Below the pieces are notes generated by a model. It was given only the letters and a program-made list of their open reading frames with translations, made no database searches and was not told the origin of the DNA. The translations under genes were made by a program, and so were the position numbers. This document shows positions 37,362 to 46,902 of a stretch of 64,000 nt of DNA, one piece after another (positions within the stretch are counted from its first letter, which is position 1; each line of letters begins with the position of its first letter). Origin of the DNA: an uncultured Desulfurococcaceae archaeon (GTDB lineage: Archaea > Thermoproteota > Thermoprotei_A > Sulfolobales > NBVN01); the NCBI GenBank assembly GCA_964399035.1, contig CAYNPH010000034.1, forward strand, positions 3,725 to 67,724. Direction: 5' to 3'.

Positions 37362-39512
37362 TTACGCCTCGGTTCCCTTTAAACTTACGGCTTTCTGCTT
37401 AAGGAGCTTCCGGGCCTCGGCAATCACTTCCCTCGCTACTTTAGGTCCGAAGCCCGGTAAGCTCTCCAGTCTAGTGGGGTCTGCCGTAGCTAACTCCTCA
37501 ACGCTTCTAATGCCTGCGTTGTAGAGTGCTCTAGCCCTTACCCTACCGATGCCCTTCACCTTGGTTAGGTTTAGGAGGTCTTCCTTAACGCCGTACCTGA
37601 CCCTTAGTGAGAGTGTCCGCAAGGCCTTAGCATGGTACGTGAGGTTAGTAGCTTCACATACTCTCGACGCAGCATAGGTTAACCACTCAGCTGTCTCAAC
37701 AAGCGTTCTTAGGTCACCTGAACCTATGTTGTAGGCCTCAATAATGCGTTCCTCAGGTTCTTCCTCGATCCACGCATTCAGGATTCTAGCAACCTTATAC
37801 GCCCTAAGCCACTCAAAGTAATCGACACCGGTAATTGGCTCAGGTATGTAACCGTACTCTACCGCTGCATTGGCTTCCTCTTCAAGCGCCCTGTAACCAA
37901 TTACTCTAACTCTGCTAAAGTCAGGCGTCATGGCTACTAATGCAAGATAATACATGGGGTGAACCACTGGTAACGTTTGCTTGAGGCCGTCAATAATGAT
38001 TATAGCGGTGATCGGGTCTATGTATAGTCTACTCACGTAACTCCCTAATCTAGTAGCGCGTAACTCTGTCCCATTTATGCTGACCATCCCCATCTCTATT
38101 AGCCGGTCTAGAACGTACTCAACAGAACTCTCGCCAGCATCCTCACCTAATTGTCTGTACGCTAGGGTCCCACTCATAATGTCATGAAGTGACCTGAGGC
38201 TTCCAGCATCTCCCGAAGCAATTAGTGCTAGTACGTGTATGCGCATAGCCCTTTCATTAATCAGTGAGGAATGGACCACCTCGGGCGTGCCGTTAATGTA
38301 CTTCCACCCCTCACTCTCGTTTTTTACGTCAGCCAGTACGGCCTCCCCGTAAGGGTCGTATTGGGGTCTGCCGGCCCGGCCAGCCATCTGCTTATATTCT
38401 GAGATGGAGATGGGGCGCATGTAGCCCTCGGAGTACCTCCTAGTATAGATGACCACCCTGCGGGCAGGCATGTTAATGCCAGCGGCGAGTGTCGGGGTAG
38501 CGGCCACAACCTTAATTAAACCCTCCCTGAAGCCCTCCTCTATTACTTTTCTGGCGTTCATCGAAAGCCCTGCATGGTGGTATGCAACGCCGTGCATTAT
38601 GAGGGGTGCGAGCGACTCAACCTCCGTTCTCGGCGAGCCCTCCTTCAACTTATTAATGAGTTGGGGGGCGCTTGGTACGCTAGGAAGTAATTTACTCAGG
38701 GTACGCGCAGCTGATTCAGCCCTATTCCTAGCCTGCAGGAATATTATTGCCTGGTAGGATTCCTTCAGGGCTTGGAGGGCGGTATGCTTAATTATGTTCC
38801 CATCCTTAACTTTCTCCACACGTCCATCCTCGAAAACTATCTCGCGGCGACGCTTGTTGTAGAAACCCTCAATGAGCCTTACAGGTCTCCAGTCACTAAT
38901 CACTAGTTCAGCATCAAGCCACTCCGCTATCTCTTCAGGGTTACCTATGGTTGCGGATAGCCCAACTACCTGCGCACCTGTGCGGGAAGCCTTAACGACG
39001 ATTAACTCTACTATAGGTCCTCGATCCCTGTCACCTATCATGTGCATTTCATCAACTACCACGACACCGACGCGTGCTAACCATGAAGGCTTCAGCCGAA
39101 GTATCGAGTCTAGCCTCTCGTATGTAGCAATGACCACGTCATACTTACCCAGCCATTCACCTGGCTCGTCATAGTCGCCTGTGGTTATACCTACCTTAAG
39201 TCCTATCCTTTCCCAGAACCTGAATTCCTCGTACTTCTCACTAGCTAAGGTCTTCAGAGGCGTGACGTAAATACCCATACGCCCGTCTAGGAAGGCTCTT
39301 AACAAGGCGAGCTCGCCTATCAGCGTCTTCCCACTCGCTGTGGGCGCGGTGACAAGCAAGTTCTTTCCCTTAAGAAGCCCTGCCTTAACCGCGCTTGACT
39401 GAGGGGGTGTGAGCCTACGTATCCCTCTTTCCTTGAGTAAGTCCACAACGCCCGATGGGAGACCTTCCTGTATCAGGGACTCTACGTTGACGAAGGCTTC
39501 CTCATTACCCAA
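37362..39512 (-). CDS. hel308: Hel308/Hjm (Ski2-like) superfamily-2 DNA helicase
   Basis: Motif I APTASGKT, motif II DEMH, SAT, and QMAGRAGR. C-terminal HhH domain (GIGRVRARALY). TTG start. Confidence 0.92.
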   Translation of the reverse strand: MGNEEAFVNVESLIQEGLPSGVVDLLKERGIRRLTPPQSSAVKAGLLKGKNLLVTAPTASGKTLIGELALLRAFLDGRMGIYVTPLKTLASEKYEEFRFWERIGLKVGITTGDYDEPGEWLGKYDVVIATYERLDSILRLKPSWLARVGVVVVDEMHMIGDRDRGPIVELIVVKASRTGAQVVGLSATIGNPEEIAEWLDAELVISDWRPVRLIEGFYNKRRREIVFEDGRVEKVKDGNIIKHTALQALKESYQAIIFLQARNRAESAARTLSKLLPSVPSAPQLINKLKEGSPRTEVESLAPLIMHGVAYHHAGLSMNARKVIEEGFREGLIKVVAATPTLAAGINMPARRVVIYTRRYSEGYMRPISISEYKQMAGRAGRPQYDPYGEAVLADVKNESEGWKYINGTPEVVHSSLINERAMRIHVLALIASGDAGSLRSLHDIMSGTLAYRQLGEDAGESSVEYVLDRLIEMGMVSINGTELRATRLGSYVSRLYIDPITAIIIIDGLKQTLPVVHPMYYLALVAMTPDFSRVRVIGYRALEEEANAAVEYGYIPEPITGVDYFEWLRAYKVARILNAWIEEEPEERIIEAYNIGSGDLRTLVETAEWLTYAASRVCEATNLTYHAKALRTLSLRVRYGVKEDLLNLTKVKGIGRVRARALYNAGIRSVEELATADPTRLESLPGFGPKVAREVIAEARKLLKQKAVSLKGTEA

Positions 39513-39536
39513 TTACCCATGACCCCGCTTCAGCCA

Positions 39537-39553
39537 TATTCTGACTCAGAATA
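39537..39553. promoter_or_regulatory. Perfect 17-nt palindrome TATTCTGA-C-TCAGAATA in the hel308 promoter region
   Basis: Eight of eight arm positions pair. It lies 25-41 nt upstream of the hel308 start and abuts a TATA-like TTAATTTAT (39551-39559, - strand). Confidence 0.4.
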
Positions 39554-39698
39554 AATTAAGGTTAGGCCTAAAGGTAATTGATTGAGGCTACCTTCGGGTA
39601 ATACCCGGTTAACCGCAGTTCATTTATTGAGAACAGATATAAAGTACTTGAATGTAAACAAGTATCTAAGGGAGAACAAAGAGAAGAGGTGATGAAGA

Positions 39699-40421
39699 GT
39701 GAGCAAAACACTGCTGGGAATATCCTACATACTCTTGGCAATACCCTACATTAACATTGCAGGCGTGATCCTGCTCCCCATAGCATGGATAATCGAGGGA
39801 CGGAAGAGAAAGAGAGGTCTGTGGACAGCTACTGGCGTGCTTGGTTTGATATCAGTGATATTAATAATAGTCGGCATGGTTGCGTTGATAGGTGCGGTAC
39901 TACCTCTAATAAGTTCCTTACAGCAGGAGATCACGGTTGGGCAGGGTCAACAGCCACAAGCGTTTCCAGGGAACTTTACGGAGAACCTACTTAAGAAGAT
40001 GCCGGTAGGGTTGGCTGGAATAGCGGTTATGGCAATAGCATCGATCCTGTACGTGGTTTACTTCATACTAATGCTTGTGTCGCTATATCAAGCAGGTTCC
40101 TTCTATAGATCAGGCCTTATAAAAGCGTCAGTCATCCTCTACATCATCGGGATAGTGGTGGCAATACTGTTCATAGCCTTCGTCATAACGCGAGCAACGC
40201 CGCACGCCGCAGGCGGGGTTGGTGGGACATTTGTCGGTGGTTTGCTAGTGGGTGTTATACTTGCTGGCATACTGCTGTTCGTAGCGAACATACTTGCTGG
40301 CATAGGGTTCCTAACGGCCAAAGAGCCAGAGGAGCAACAATACGTATATGGGTACGTACCGCCGTCAAGTGGGGGTGCCACGCAAACTGGTGTGAGCACA
40401 ATGATCCAGGTAATGACGTAG
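39699..40421 (+). CDS. Multi-pass membrane protein (DUF996-like)
   Basis: 240 aa, ~6 TM helices. GTG start preceded by a strong SD-like GAGGTGA (39685-39691). The family call is tentative. Confidence 0.55.
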   Translation: MSKTLLGISYILLAIPYINIAGVILLPIAWIIEGRKRKRGLWTATGVLGLISVILIIVGMVALIGAVLPLISSLQQEITVGQGQQPQAFPGNFTENLLKKMPVGLAGIAVMAIASILYVVYFILMLVSLYQAGSFYRSGLIKASVILYIIGIVVAILFIAFVITRATPHAAGGVGGTFVGGLLVGVILAGILLFVANILAGIGFLTAKEPEEQQYVYGYVPPSSGGATQTGVSTMIQVMT

Positions 40422-40479
40422 GTACCTTAAGGTAGTTTTTCCTTAGATGTTAAACTTGAGTGTCATGACTTAAGCTTAC

Positions 40480-41502
40480 CTACCTTATTACGGGGATATC
40501 CCCGAACATCCTGGTTTTAATAAAGCCCACGCCATTCACATCGGGTAGGACACGCACACCCACAACCCTACCCTTGACTCTGTGGGCTGCTAGTGCATCT
40601 AAAATCACGGAAGCCAGCACATCCGGGTCATCTGGGAGAGCAACCATATCTATCCCCGCTACACAGTAAGCAGCTAAGTATGTGAGATCCCGCAGGCGTA
40701 AATTACCCTCATTAGCTAGCTTAAGTAACTCACGATCCTCCCCCACAGGAAGCATGAGTTCGTTGAAACCAACGCTCTTCACACCAGCTTTCTTCACAGC
40801 AGTCATTATTACCTCGTTAATATGCCGTATTGCCCACGCACTGCCAACGGAGGGGAATGGGAGTCTTAGGACCCGCTCTATTATGGGCACCACGGACTCC
40901 TCCATCCACGGGGAGAGTGAGGCATCGATGCCTAAGTAATTCACGCCATACTTGCTAGCGGCGCTCTTCACAATGCCCTCCACACGCCTCAAGAACTCCG
41001 ATATAGTATCGACCCACCTGCCCATGGGGCTTGAAGTAAGCAGGTCTACGTATCTTAAGGCAACGGCGACACCGCTTCTCAAAGGGGTGGAGAGCGGGTA
41101 GTAAGGCGTTTCAATAGGTGCGCCTATGGAGAATGCGAGCCTAGTTGTCACCTCGACACCTAAGTCATGGGCGACCTCCCTCAGCATGTTTACAGCCTTT
41201 CGTACGTCCTTCCTTCTAGTAATTATCACCGAGGCGTACGAGTTACTGCATTTGAGTGCGTTCTTCAATTCATTAACGTTAACTCGGTACATTCGAGACC
41301 GATAAGCTGAGAAAATAATGTCCTCACGGCATAATTTATCGAGAACAGCATTACCCGCACCTGTGCTCAATGTCAATCTAACATCCCATACCCTAATGCC
41401 TTCACTCTCGATCAGGTCCCGAATATTATTTGCGATGGAGAGGGTTCCTTCAATATTGCTTAGATCCTTAACATTGAAGGTTAAAGCTCTAATCATCGGC
41501 AA
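40480..41502 (-). CDS. DUF711 (UPF0210)-like protein
   Basis: N-terminal IRALTF... and C-terminal CVAGIDMVALPDD resemble the DUF711 signature (CGLDMxxxPGD). It is shorter than typical family members. Confidence 0.45.
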   Translation of the reverse strand: MPMIRALTFNVKDLSNIEGTLSIANNIRDLIESEGIRVWDVRLTLSTGAGNAVLDKLCREDIIFSAYRSRMYRVNVNELKNALKCSNSYASVIITRRKDVRKAVNMLREVAHDLGVEVTTRLAFSIGAPIETPYYPLSTPLRSGVAVALRYVDLLTSSPMGRWVDTISEFLRRVEGIVKSAASKYGVNYLGIDASLSPWMEESVVPIIERVLRLPFPSVGSAWAIRHINEVIMTAVKKAGVKSVGFNELMLPVGEDRELLKLANEGNLRLRDLTYLAAYCVAGIDMVALPDDPDVLASVILDALAAHRVKGRVVGVRVLPDVNGVGFIKTRMFGDIPVIR

Positions 41503-41709
41503 GGAGGTTCAACCTCTTTAATATCAACTCCTTCAGCGCTTAATATTTTTAAATAAATAATGCCGTAAGAATCATTACATGCTTAAGGGATATCAGGTTA
41601 AATTTATCACCCTTGATCAGTCAAATAGCGTGGATGAGCGGTGCGGTCGTAGCTGAGCCCACGCGATGATGTCTGGCGGGCTTTAGCGACATAATGTGGT
41701 GAACGGTTA

Positions 41710-43083
41710 ATGAGTTCGATAGCATTAGCGTTTGGTTACGGACGGAGGGTGAAGTACAGCGTAAATGTGTTGGTGGGGGCTATCGAGCAGGAGTTAAGGG
41801 ACTCTGTAGACGTTTTCGTAGCCCCTCTGAAGGCTATTCCTAATCTGCTGGTGAACCTCGTTGAGGAGTACGGTAAGAGGCGGGTAATATATGGTCAAAC
41901 ATTAATTACGCCTGAACTACCCGAGATAATTAACGACGTCGTTAAGGCAGTGACTGTGGCTCGGAAGACTGGTGCAGTACCCGTTGCTGGTGGTCCCCAC
42001 GCCACCGGGGATCCTTACGGGGCGTTACTTTCACTCGGTTTCGAATATGTCTTCATGGGGGATTCAGAGGAATCCTTCACTCAATTCCTAAGAGAAATTA
42101 TCGAGGGAGGCGACCCCAAGTCCGTGAAGCCAGGACTCGCCTACATCGATGGGGAGGAATTCATAATAACCGGCAAGGGTAGAGTACGTAACTTGGACAA
42201 ATTCCCCGCGTTCGCCCTAAAGCATAGGTTGTTTAACCCCATAGAAGTGACTCGAGGGTGTCCTCACGCCTGTAAGTATTGCCAAGTTAGCTATGCTTTC
42301 GGTGCAAGGTACAGGCACAGAAGCGTAGGTAACATAGTACATCACGCTGAGCTAATGGTGAGTAATGGCATCCGGGACCTGAGGTTCATAACGCCTAACG
42401 CCTTAGGCTACGGGACGCAAGACGGGAAACGTGACTTAAGTAAGGTGGCTGAGCTCTTAGGGAGACTCCAGAAACTCAGGGAGAGGGGAGCTAGGGTGTT
42501 TTTCGGTGCATTCCCTTCAGAGGTAAGGCCAGAGTTCGTGGATAGGGAGGCAGCCCTGCTTCTCAGGAAGAGTGTTGATAATAGGAGGGTGATAGTTGGG
42601 GCTCAATCAGGGTCAGACAGGATGCTTAAGGAACTACATCGAGGGCACACGGCTGAAGACGTCACTAACGCGGTAACTCACTTAAGGAGCGCAGGCTTCG
42701 ACGTTGACGTGGACTATATCTTCGGTCTCCCGGGAGAAACTGAGGAAGATGTGATGAGGACCCTGAAGCACATGAGGACGTTAATTGGGTTGGGTGCCAG
42801 AGTTCACGCACATGTATTCCTTCCTCTCCCGGGAACGCCCTACTCCTTTGAAAAGCCGGGGAAAGTTAATGCGTGGTTAAGGAAGGAACTCTTCAAGTTG
42901 TTGGGGAAGGGCGCTATGTACGGTCAATGGGAGGCACAGGAAAGACTAGCTGCGTCAGTAGCCAAGCTGAGGGACTTAGGGGTAATCATCATAACACGTA
43001 AGAGGGCTCAGGAACTGATTTCACGATTCGGAGGGGTTAACGCCCCGCTCGCTCCCAAGATCCTCCGACACGTTAAATGGTGA
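41710..43083 (+). CDS. B12-binding-domain radical SAM protein
   Basis: N-terminal Rossmann-like cobalamin-binding-type domain, then EVTRGCPHACKYCQVSY (CxxxCxxC). Confidence 0.8.
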   Translation: MSSIALAFGYGRRVKYSVNVLVGAIEQELRDSVDVFVAPLKAIPNLLVNLVEEYGKRRVIYGQTLITPELPEIINDVVKAVTVARKTGAVPVAGGPHATGDPYGALLSLGFEYVFMGDSEESFTQFLREIIEGGDPKSVKPGLAYIDGEEFIITGKGRVRNLDKFPAFALKHRLFNPIEVTRGCPHACKYCQVSYAFGARYRHRSVGNIVHHAELMVSNGIRDLRFITPNALGYGTQDGKRDLSKVAELLGRLQKLRERGARVFFGAFPSEVRPEFVDREAALLLRKSVDNRRVIVGAQSGSDRMLKELHRGHTAEDVTNAVTHLRSAGFDVDVDYIFGLPGETEEDVMRTLKHMRTLIGLGARVHAHVFLPLPGTPYSFEKPGKVNAWLRKELFKLLGKGAMYGQWEAQERLAASVAKLRDLGVIIITRKRAQELISRFGGVNAPLAPKILRHVKW

Positions 43084-43683
43084 GTAGGGGCAGACCTCCT
43101 TGTAAGGGCATAGCCTGCACTTCCTCCTACTCACCCACCCGGGCTCAGGGAATATTCCATCTCTCACGTCCTTCAATAGCTTAAGGTACTTCACTAGCAG
43201 GTCGTTATCGTATCTAAGGCTAACTGTCTTATTCACATATCGGAGCCTCAACTCGATCCGCTCTATCTTGACGCCATGAACCTTACTCAGTATGTAGGCG
43301 TATGCCATAACCTGTAATGCGTCCCCCAGCCACACACCGTTAACCACACAGGGAGATTCGAACTTGGGGGCTCTCCTGCTCTTAAACTCCTCAACAATTA
43401 ACGTGCCGCTAGCTCCGTTAATTCTGTAGCTGTCAGGCTTACCCACAAGCACCACGCCTAGCTCATCAACCCTAGCCCTAAGCAGTTCCTCCTTAACCCA
43501 CCCAGGACGCAGTATGTGATGTATTGCGTGAGCTAAACGTCCTAACCAAGCTCTAAGACGTAACGCTAGGGGTTGGGGGACGGGGGTGTGGACATCGAAG
43601 AAGTAGAGTGTGGGGCAGTAACCTAGCTTCCTTAACTCGCTTGGTGTGACTACGGTTTCCTTCCTGCCCTGCTCCTTTCCCAT
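43021..43683 (-). CDS. cas4: Cas4-family PD-(D/E)xK nuclease with 4-Cys cluster (stand-alone; no CRISPR-cas context)
   Basis: N-terminal Cys (LGYCPTLYF), GKPD...VEEFKS (D...ExK), QVMAYAYIL (QxxxY), and C-terminal CRLCPYKEVC (CxxCx5C). Confidence 0.8.
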   Translation of the reverse strand: MGKEQGRKETVVTPSELRKLGYCPTLYFFDVHTPVPQPLALRLRAWLGRLAHAIHHILRPGWVKEELLRARVDELGVVLVGKPDSYRINGASGTLIVEEFKSRRAPKFESPCVVNGVWLGDALQVMAYAYILSKVHGVKIERIELRLRYVNKTVSLRYDNDLLVKYLKLLKDVRDGIFPEPGWVSRRKCRLCPYKEVCPYSPFNVSEDLGSERGVNPSES

Positions 43684-43731
43684 GGCCCCAACATCACCGC
43701 GGGTAATGCGCTACTTTCACGGTTTCCGTCA

Positions 43732-44427
43732 TTACACTGCTTTTAAATAAAGATCCTCGCTGAGTGCAGGGTAACGGGTATGCCCATGCAGCTTCCGCTG
43801 AATACCCCAAGCAACTTTCTTAGCTAGTCCCATTACCGAGTACCTTGGGCGGGGATTAACCAGGCCTTTCCGAAGGGACTCCAGGACATCATCCAAGGTA
43901 AGGTTCGGAACCTCAATGAGGGTTCTAGACACGCCCACCATTTCAAGCACGTGGGCATCTGAACACGCTATGCATGGCTTCCTAGATGCGCGACTATGCA
44001 TCCAAGCCATGGTGTTAGTGATCGGGTCGCTGCCCATGTTGAAGCACTCTATACAGTCCCACAGATCTTCCCTTATCCGCCACCCTATACCTAACCTCAT
44101 GACGTCGAAAGGGTGGGCGGGTATAAGGACACAACCATTGTCGCTGGCAAGTTCGCGGAGTGCCTTGGGATCCTTAATCACCGGTATGGGGTCCTTGCAG
44201 AGCACCAGCACGTCTCCCCACTCGGTCCTAACTTCAGCACCGGCAATTACTAGGGGCACCCCACCACTCACGTACCTCCTAGCGATCACAGATCCGGCGA
44301 ACGTGTTGTGGTCAGTAATCGCTATGACGTCCAATCCGACGGCCCTAGCACGTAAGACAACCTCTCGTGGGTGCGCTCTTCCGTCGCTGGCTTGCGTGTG
44401 GATATGGAGGTCTGAGTGAACAATCAT
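43732..44427 (-). CDS. PHP-domain metal-dependent phosphoesterase
   Basis: DLHIHTQASDG, ITDHN, PAHP and SDAH motifs. Confidence 0.85.
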   Translation of the reverse strand: MIVHSDLHIHTQASDGRAHPREVVLRARAVGLDVIAITDHNTFAGSVIARRYVSGGVPLVIAGAEVRTEWGDVLVLCKDPIPVIKDPKALRELASDNGCVLIPAHPFDVMRLGIGWRIREDLWDCIECFNMGSDPITNTMAWMHSRASRKPCIACSDAHVLEMVGVSRTLIEVPNLTLDDVLESLRKGLVNPRPRYSVMGLAKKVAWGIQRKLHGHTRYPALSEDLYLKAV

Positions 44428-45833
44428 TCTTTCTCCATCCTCTGACGTATGCGGGCCCAGGCAACCATGTAGGAGAGTGCCCTAGCGGCTTCCTCCGGCG
44501 TTCGGAATGATGGTATCATTGCCTCATGCTCGAACATCCGTAGCTTATCTAATGTGTACTTGCCTCCAGGCGCCGCCATTACTACGGGTTTACCGTACTT
44601 ACTAACTAGCTCTTTAGCGGCCTCCAGAACCCCTTGCGGGTCGTACGCTGGTGACTGCATTATGCTTATGAGGAGCACGGCATCCACGTTCTCATCCTTC
44701 AACACGGCCTCCAACGCTACCTTGTATCTCTCTGGCGGTGCGTCGCCTAGTACATCTACAGGGTTATTCACGGCGGCTGCTGGCGGCAGGCCCTCCCTCA
44801 GCCTGGCCTTAGTTTGCTCCGATAGTTCGGCCATCTGCAAACCGAGTAGCTCCACAGCGTCCGTGGCTAGGACCCCCGCACCGCCGCCGTTAGTCACTAT
44901 AGCTATCCTGTCACCGGAGGGGGCTGGTAGCCATGAGAGTGTCTTAGCAGCCACTACTAACTCGTTTAACTCATTAACCAGCAACCCGCCAAACTGTTTT
45001 ATCGCGGCTTCATATACGGCGTATTGACCTGCCAGCGAACCTGTGTGTGACGCGACGGCCCTCATACCTTTCTCGGATTTGCCAGCCTTAAGCACTATGA
45101 CGGGCTTCCCTCCCTCTGTGGCCTTCCTTAATGCGTTAAGGAATTTCCTGCCGTCCGACACCCCCTCTATGTAGGCCATGATTACCTTCGTTGCAGGGTC
45201 CTCTGCTAGGTACTCTATGAGTTCCCATTCCTGCACATCTGCGGCGTTCCCGTAACTCACGAACTTACTCATCCCGACGCCTGCCTCCGCAAGCCAGTCG
45301 AGGATTGCCGCCCCGAGAGCCCCAGACTGTGAGATTAGGGCCACGCTACCCGGCCCCGGCTTCGCTTGCCTGTCGTTAGGATTGAAGATCGTATCAAGGC
45401 CCGAGTGGGCGTCGTAAACGCCGAGGCAGTTGGGCCCTATTACCCTCATACCCCACTTCCTAGCGACCCTAACTAGCTCCTTCTCCCTCCTAGCTCCCTC
45501 CTCCCCAGCTTCCTTGAAGCCCGCGCTGATCACTATAGCTGCCCTAACGCCCTTCTTGCCGCACTCGTCAAGGACTGAGGGAACGACGCGGGCAGGTACC
45601 GCCACGACCACCAAGTCAGGTGTTTCAGGTATCTCCAGGACGGATTTGTAGCATTTAAACCCTAGAACCTCATCGTACTTCACATTCACAGGGTATATGC
45701 GGCCCTTGAACCTTTCCTTGAGGTTCTCCATGATCGCCCGTCCGACGGTTCCTTTCTTTATCGATGCGCCTATGACGGCTATGGATTTTGGGGAAAAGAA
45801 CTTGCTGAATACCTCCTTCGTAGGTAAACTCAT
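44424..45833 (-). CDS. acdA: ADP-forming acetyl/acyl-CoA synthetase, alpha subunit (CoA-binding + CoA-ligase domains)
   Basis: SIAVIGAS..GTVG, GPNCLGV, and HTGSLAG (phospho-His loop). 469 aa. No beta subunit is adjacent. Confidence 0.85.
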   Translation of the reverse strand: MSLPTKEVFSKFFSPKSIAVIGASIKKGTVGRAIMENLKERFKGRIYPVNVKYDEVLGFKCYKSVLEIPETPDLVVVAVPARVVPSVLDECGKKGVRAAIVISAGFKEAGEEGARREKELVRVARKWGMRVIGPNCLGVYDAHSGLDTIFNPNDRQAKPGPGSVALISQSGALGAAILDWLAEAGVGMSKFVSYGNAADVQEWELIEYLAEDPATKVIMAYIEGVSDGRKFLNALRKATEGGKPVIVLKAGKSEKGMRAVASHTGSLAGQYAVYEAAIKQFGGLLVNELNELVVAAKTLSWLPAPSGDRIAIVTNGGGAGVLATDAVELLGLQMAELSEQTKARLREGLPPAAAVNNPVDVLGDAPPERYKVALEAVLKDENVDAVLLISIMQSPAYDPQGVLEAAKELVSKYGKPVVMAAPGGKYTLDKLRMFEHEAMIPSFRTPEEAARALSYMVAWARIRQRMEKE

Positions 45834-45891
45834 GAGTATCCCCTTTCATTTAGGGGGAGTGACGTAAAAATGCGTTAGCACTTACCAACCG

Positions 45892-46902
45892 TTAACCCAG
45901 GCTTATGTTGAAGATACTCTCCTCTTCAAGTAGTTTGCCTGCCTTGAGTAGCAGGTTCCAATCCTCAACCTTCTCGGAGGTCTTCACAACCCTCTCGAAA
46001 GCCCTCTTGATCGCTGGTAGAGCCGCTATGAGGCCAACAATAGCTCCGGCACCAGCCATCACTGCCGCCATAAGCCCGCCCGTGGCAACTAAGCCGCCTA
46101 TCCCGCCACCCACGGCGCCTATGCTTATGAGGGCGCCAGCGATTAACCCTGCCTCTTCTCTCGCCTTCAGTGTTTGCGGGTACTCCGCGTAGATGACCCT
46201 GCCCGAGCTAGCGTCCACTAAGGCCTTCATCTCTACGTTACCGTACCTGTAAGTGAATTCCCAGATCGGGTAGTGGGTCACGCCTAAGTACTCTGTTTTA
46301 ACGTCCTTGACTATCTTGTTGCCGCTGCACCCTGTATTGAGGTCCTGCTTTAAGTCCCGCATCACGGCGTTTGATGCGGTCTTGATGGCGTCTTCCTTCG
46401 ATACTGTTATGTTGTAGTACCTACCCATCCTAAGCATTTTAGGCTTGAAGTATTCCCTCCCCCTCAAGCTGAACCTGTAGTTTTCGATTATGTGTGAGAA
46501 CCAAGGCTCCCTATTAGCGAGGATGAAGTAGTCGCCCACCTCATAGAAATCACCCTCGTAGGACTTACTCCAGAACCACACACCCTCGGTGTACACGCAC
46601 TCGCCTGTAGCTTCGGCGTGAACGGCGTGTATTGGGATGTAATGTAGTGACGCCTTACGCAACTCTGTCACGGCGTGAAAGTCGGAAGGTGCTCCGTAGT
46701 TCCTGAGAATGAACTTCAGTAACCTATCGAAGGCGGTGCTTGAGCTGAACACGACTTTGAAGTAGTAATGTTCGGTGATCGCCTCACCGGTACTGACCTT
46801 AAACGTGTAGCCACAGTAAGGACACGTCGCCACGCTCACGGCGTGTGGGGCTCGAAATTCAGACCCGCAGTAAGGGCACTTAAGCGTGGCCTCACCGCTC
46901 AA
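45892..46902 (-). CDS. Uncharacterised Zn-ribbon protein with C-terminal Gly-rich TM region (paralog B)
   Basis: CPYCGS-x17-CPYCGY ribbon, YIPIH and YPIWEFTYRYGN...VDASSGRVIYAEYP motifs, then GLIAGALISIGAVGGGIGGLVATGGLMAAVMAGAGAIVGLIAALPAI. Confidence 0.6.
   Translation of the reverse strand: MSGEATLKCPYCGSEFRAPHAVSVATCPYCGYTFKVSTGEAITEHYYFKVVFSSSTAFDRLLKFILRNYGAPSDFHAVTELRKASLHYIPIHAVHAEATGECVYTEGVWFWSKSYEGDFYEVGDYFILANREPWFSHIIENYRFSLRGREYFKPKMLRMGRYYNITVSKEDAIKTASNAVMRDLKQDLNTGCSGNKIVKDVKTEYLGVTHYPIWEFTYRYGNVEMKALVDASSGRVIYAEYPQTLKAREEAGLIAGALISIGAVGGGIGGLVATGGLMAAVMAGAGAIVGLIAALPAIKRAFERVVKTSEKVEDWNLLLKAGKLLEEESIFNISLG

Noticed and set aside
41628-41664. Hairpin GCGTGG...CCACGC enclosing ATGA and CTGA, considered as a k-turn or half C/D box motif in the leader of the B12-radical SAM gene
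   Set aside because: The internal loop is symmetric (2x2) rather than the 3-nt asymmetric bulge of a k-turn. The C box is imperfect (AUGAGCG). The spacer length does not fit a guide region, and the second GATGATG has no matching CTGA.
43021-43683. Looked for a CRISPR array or cas operon associated with the Cas4-like gene
   Set aside because: No repeat-spacer pattern and no cas1/cas2 or effector-like ORFs occur anywhere in the window. All spacers longer than 150 nt were read and contain no 24-37 nt direct repeats.
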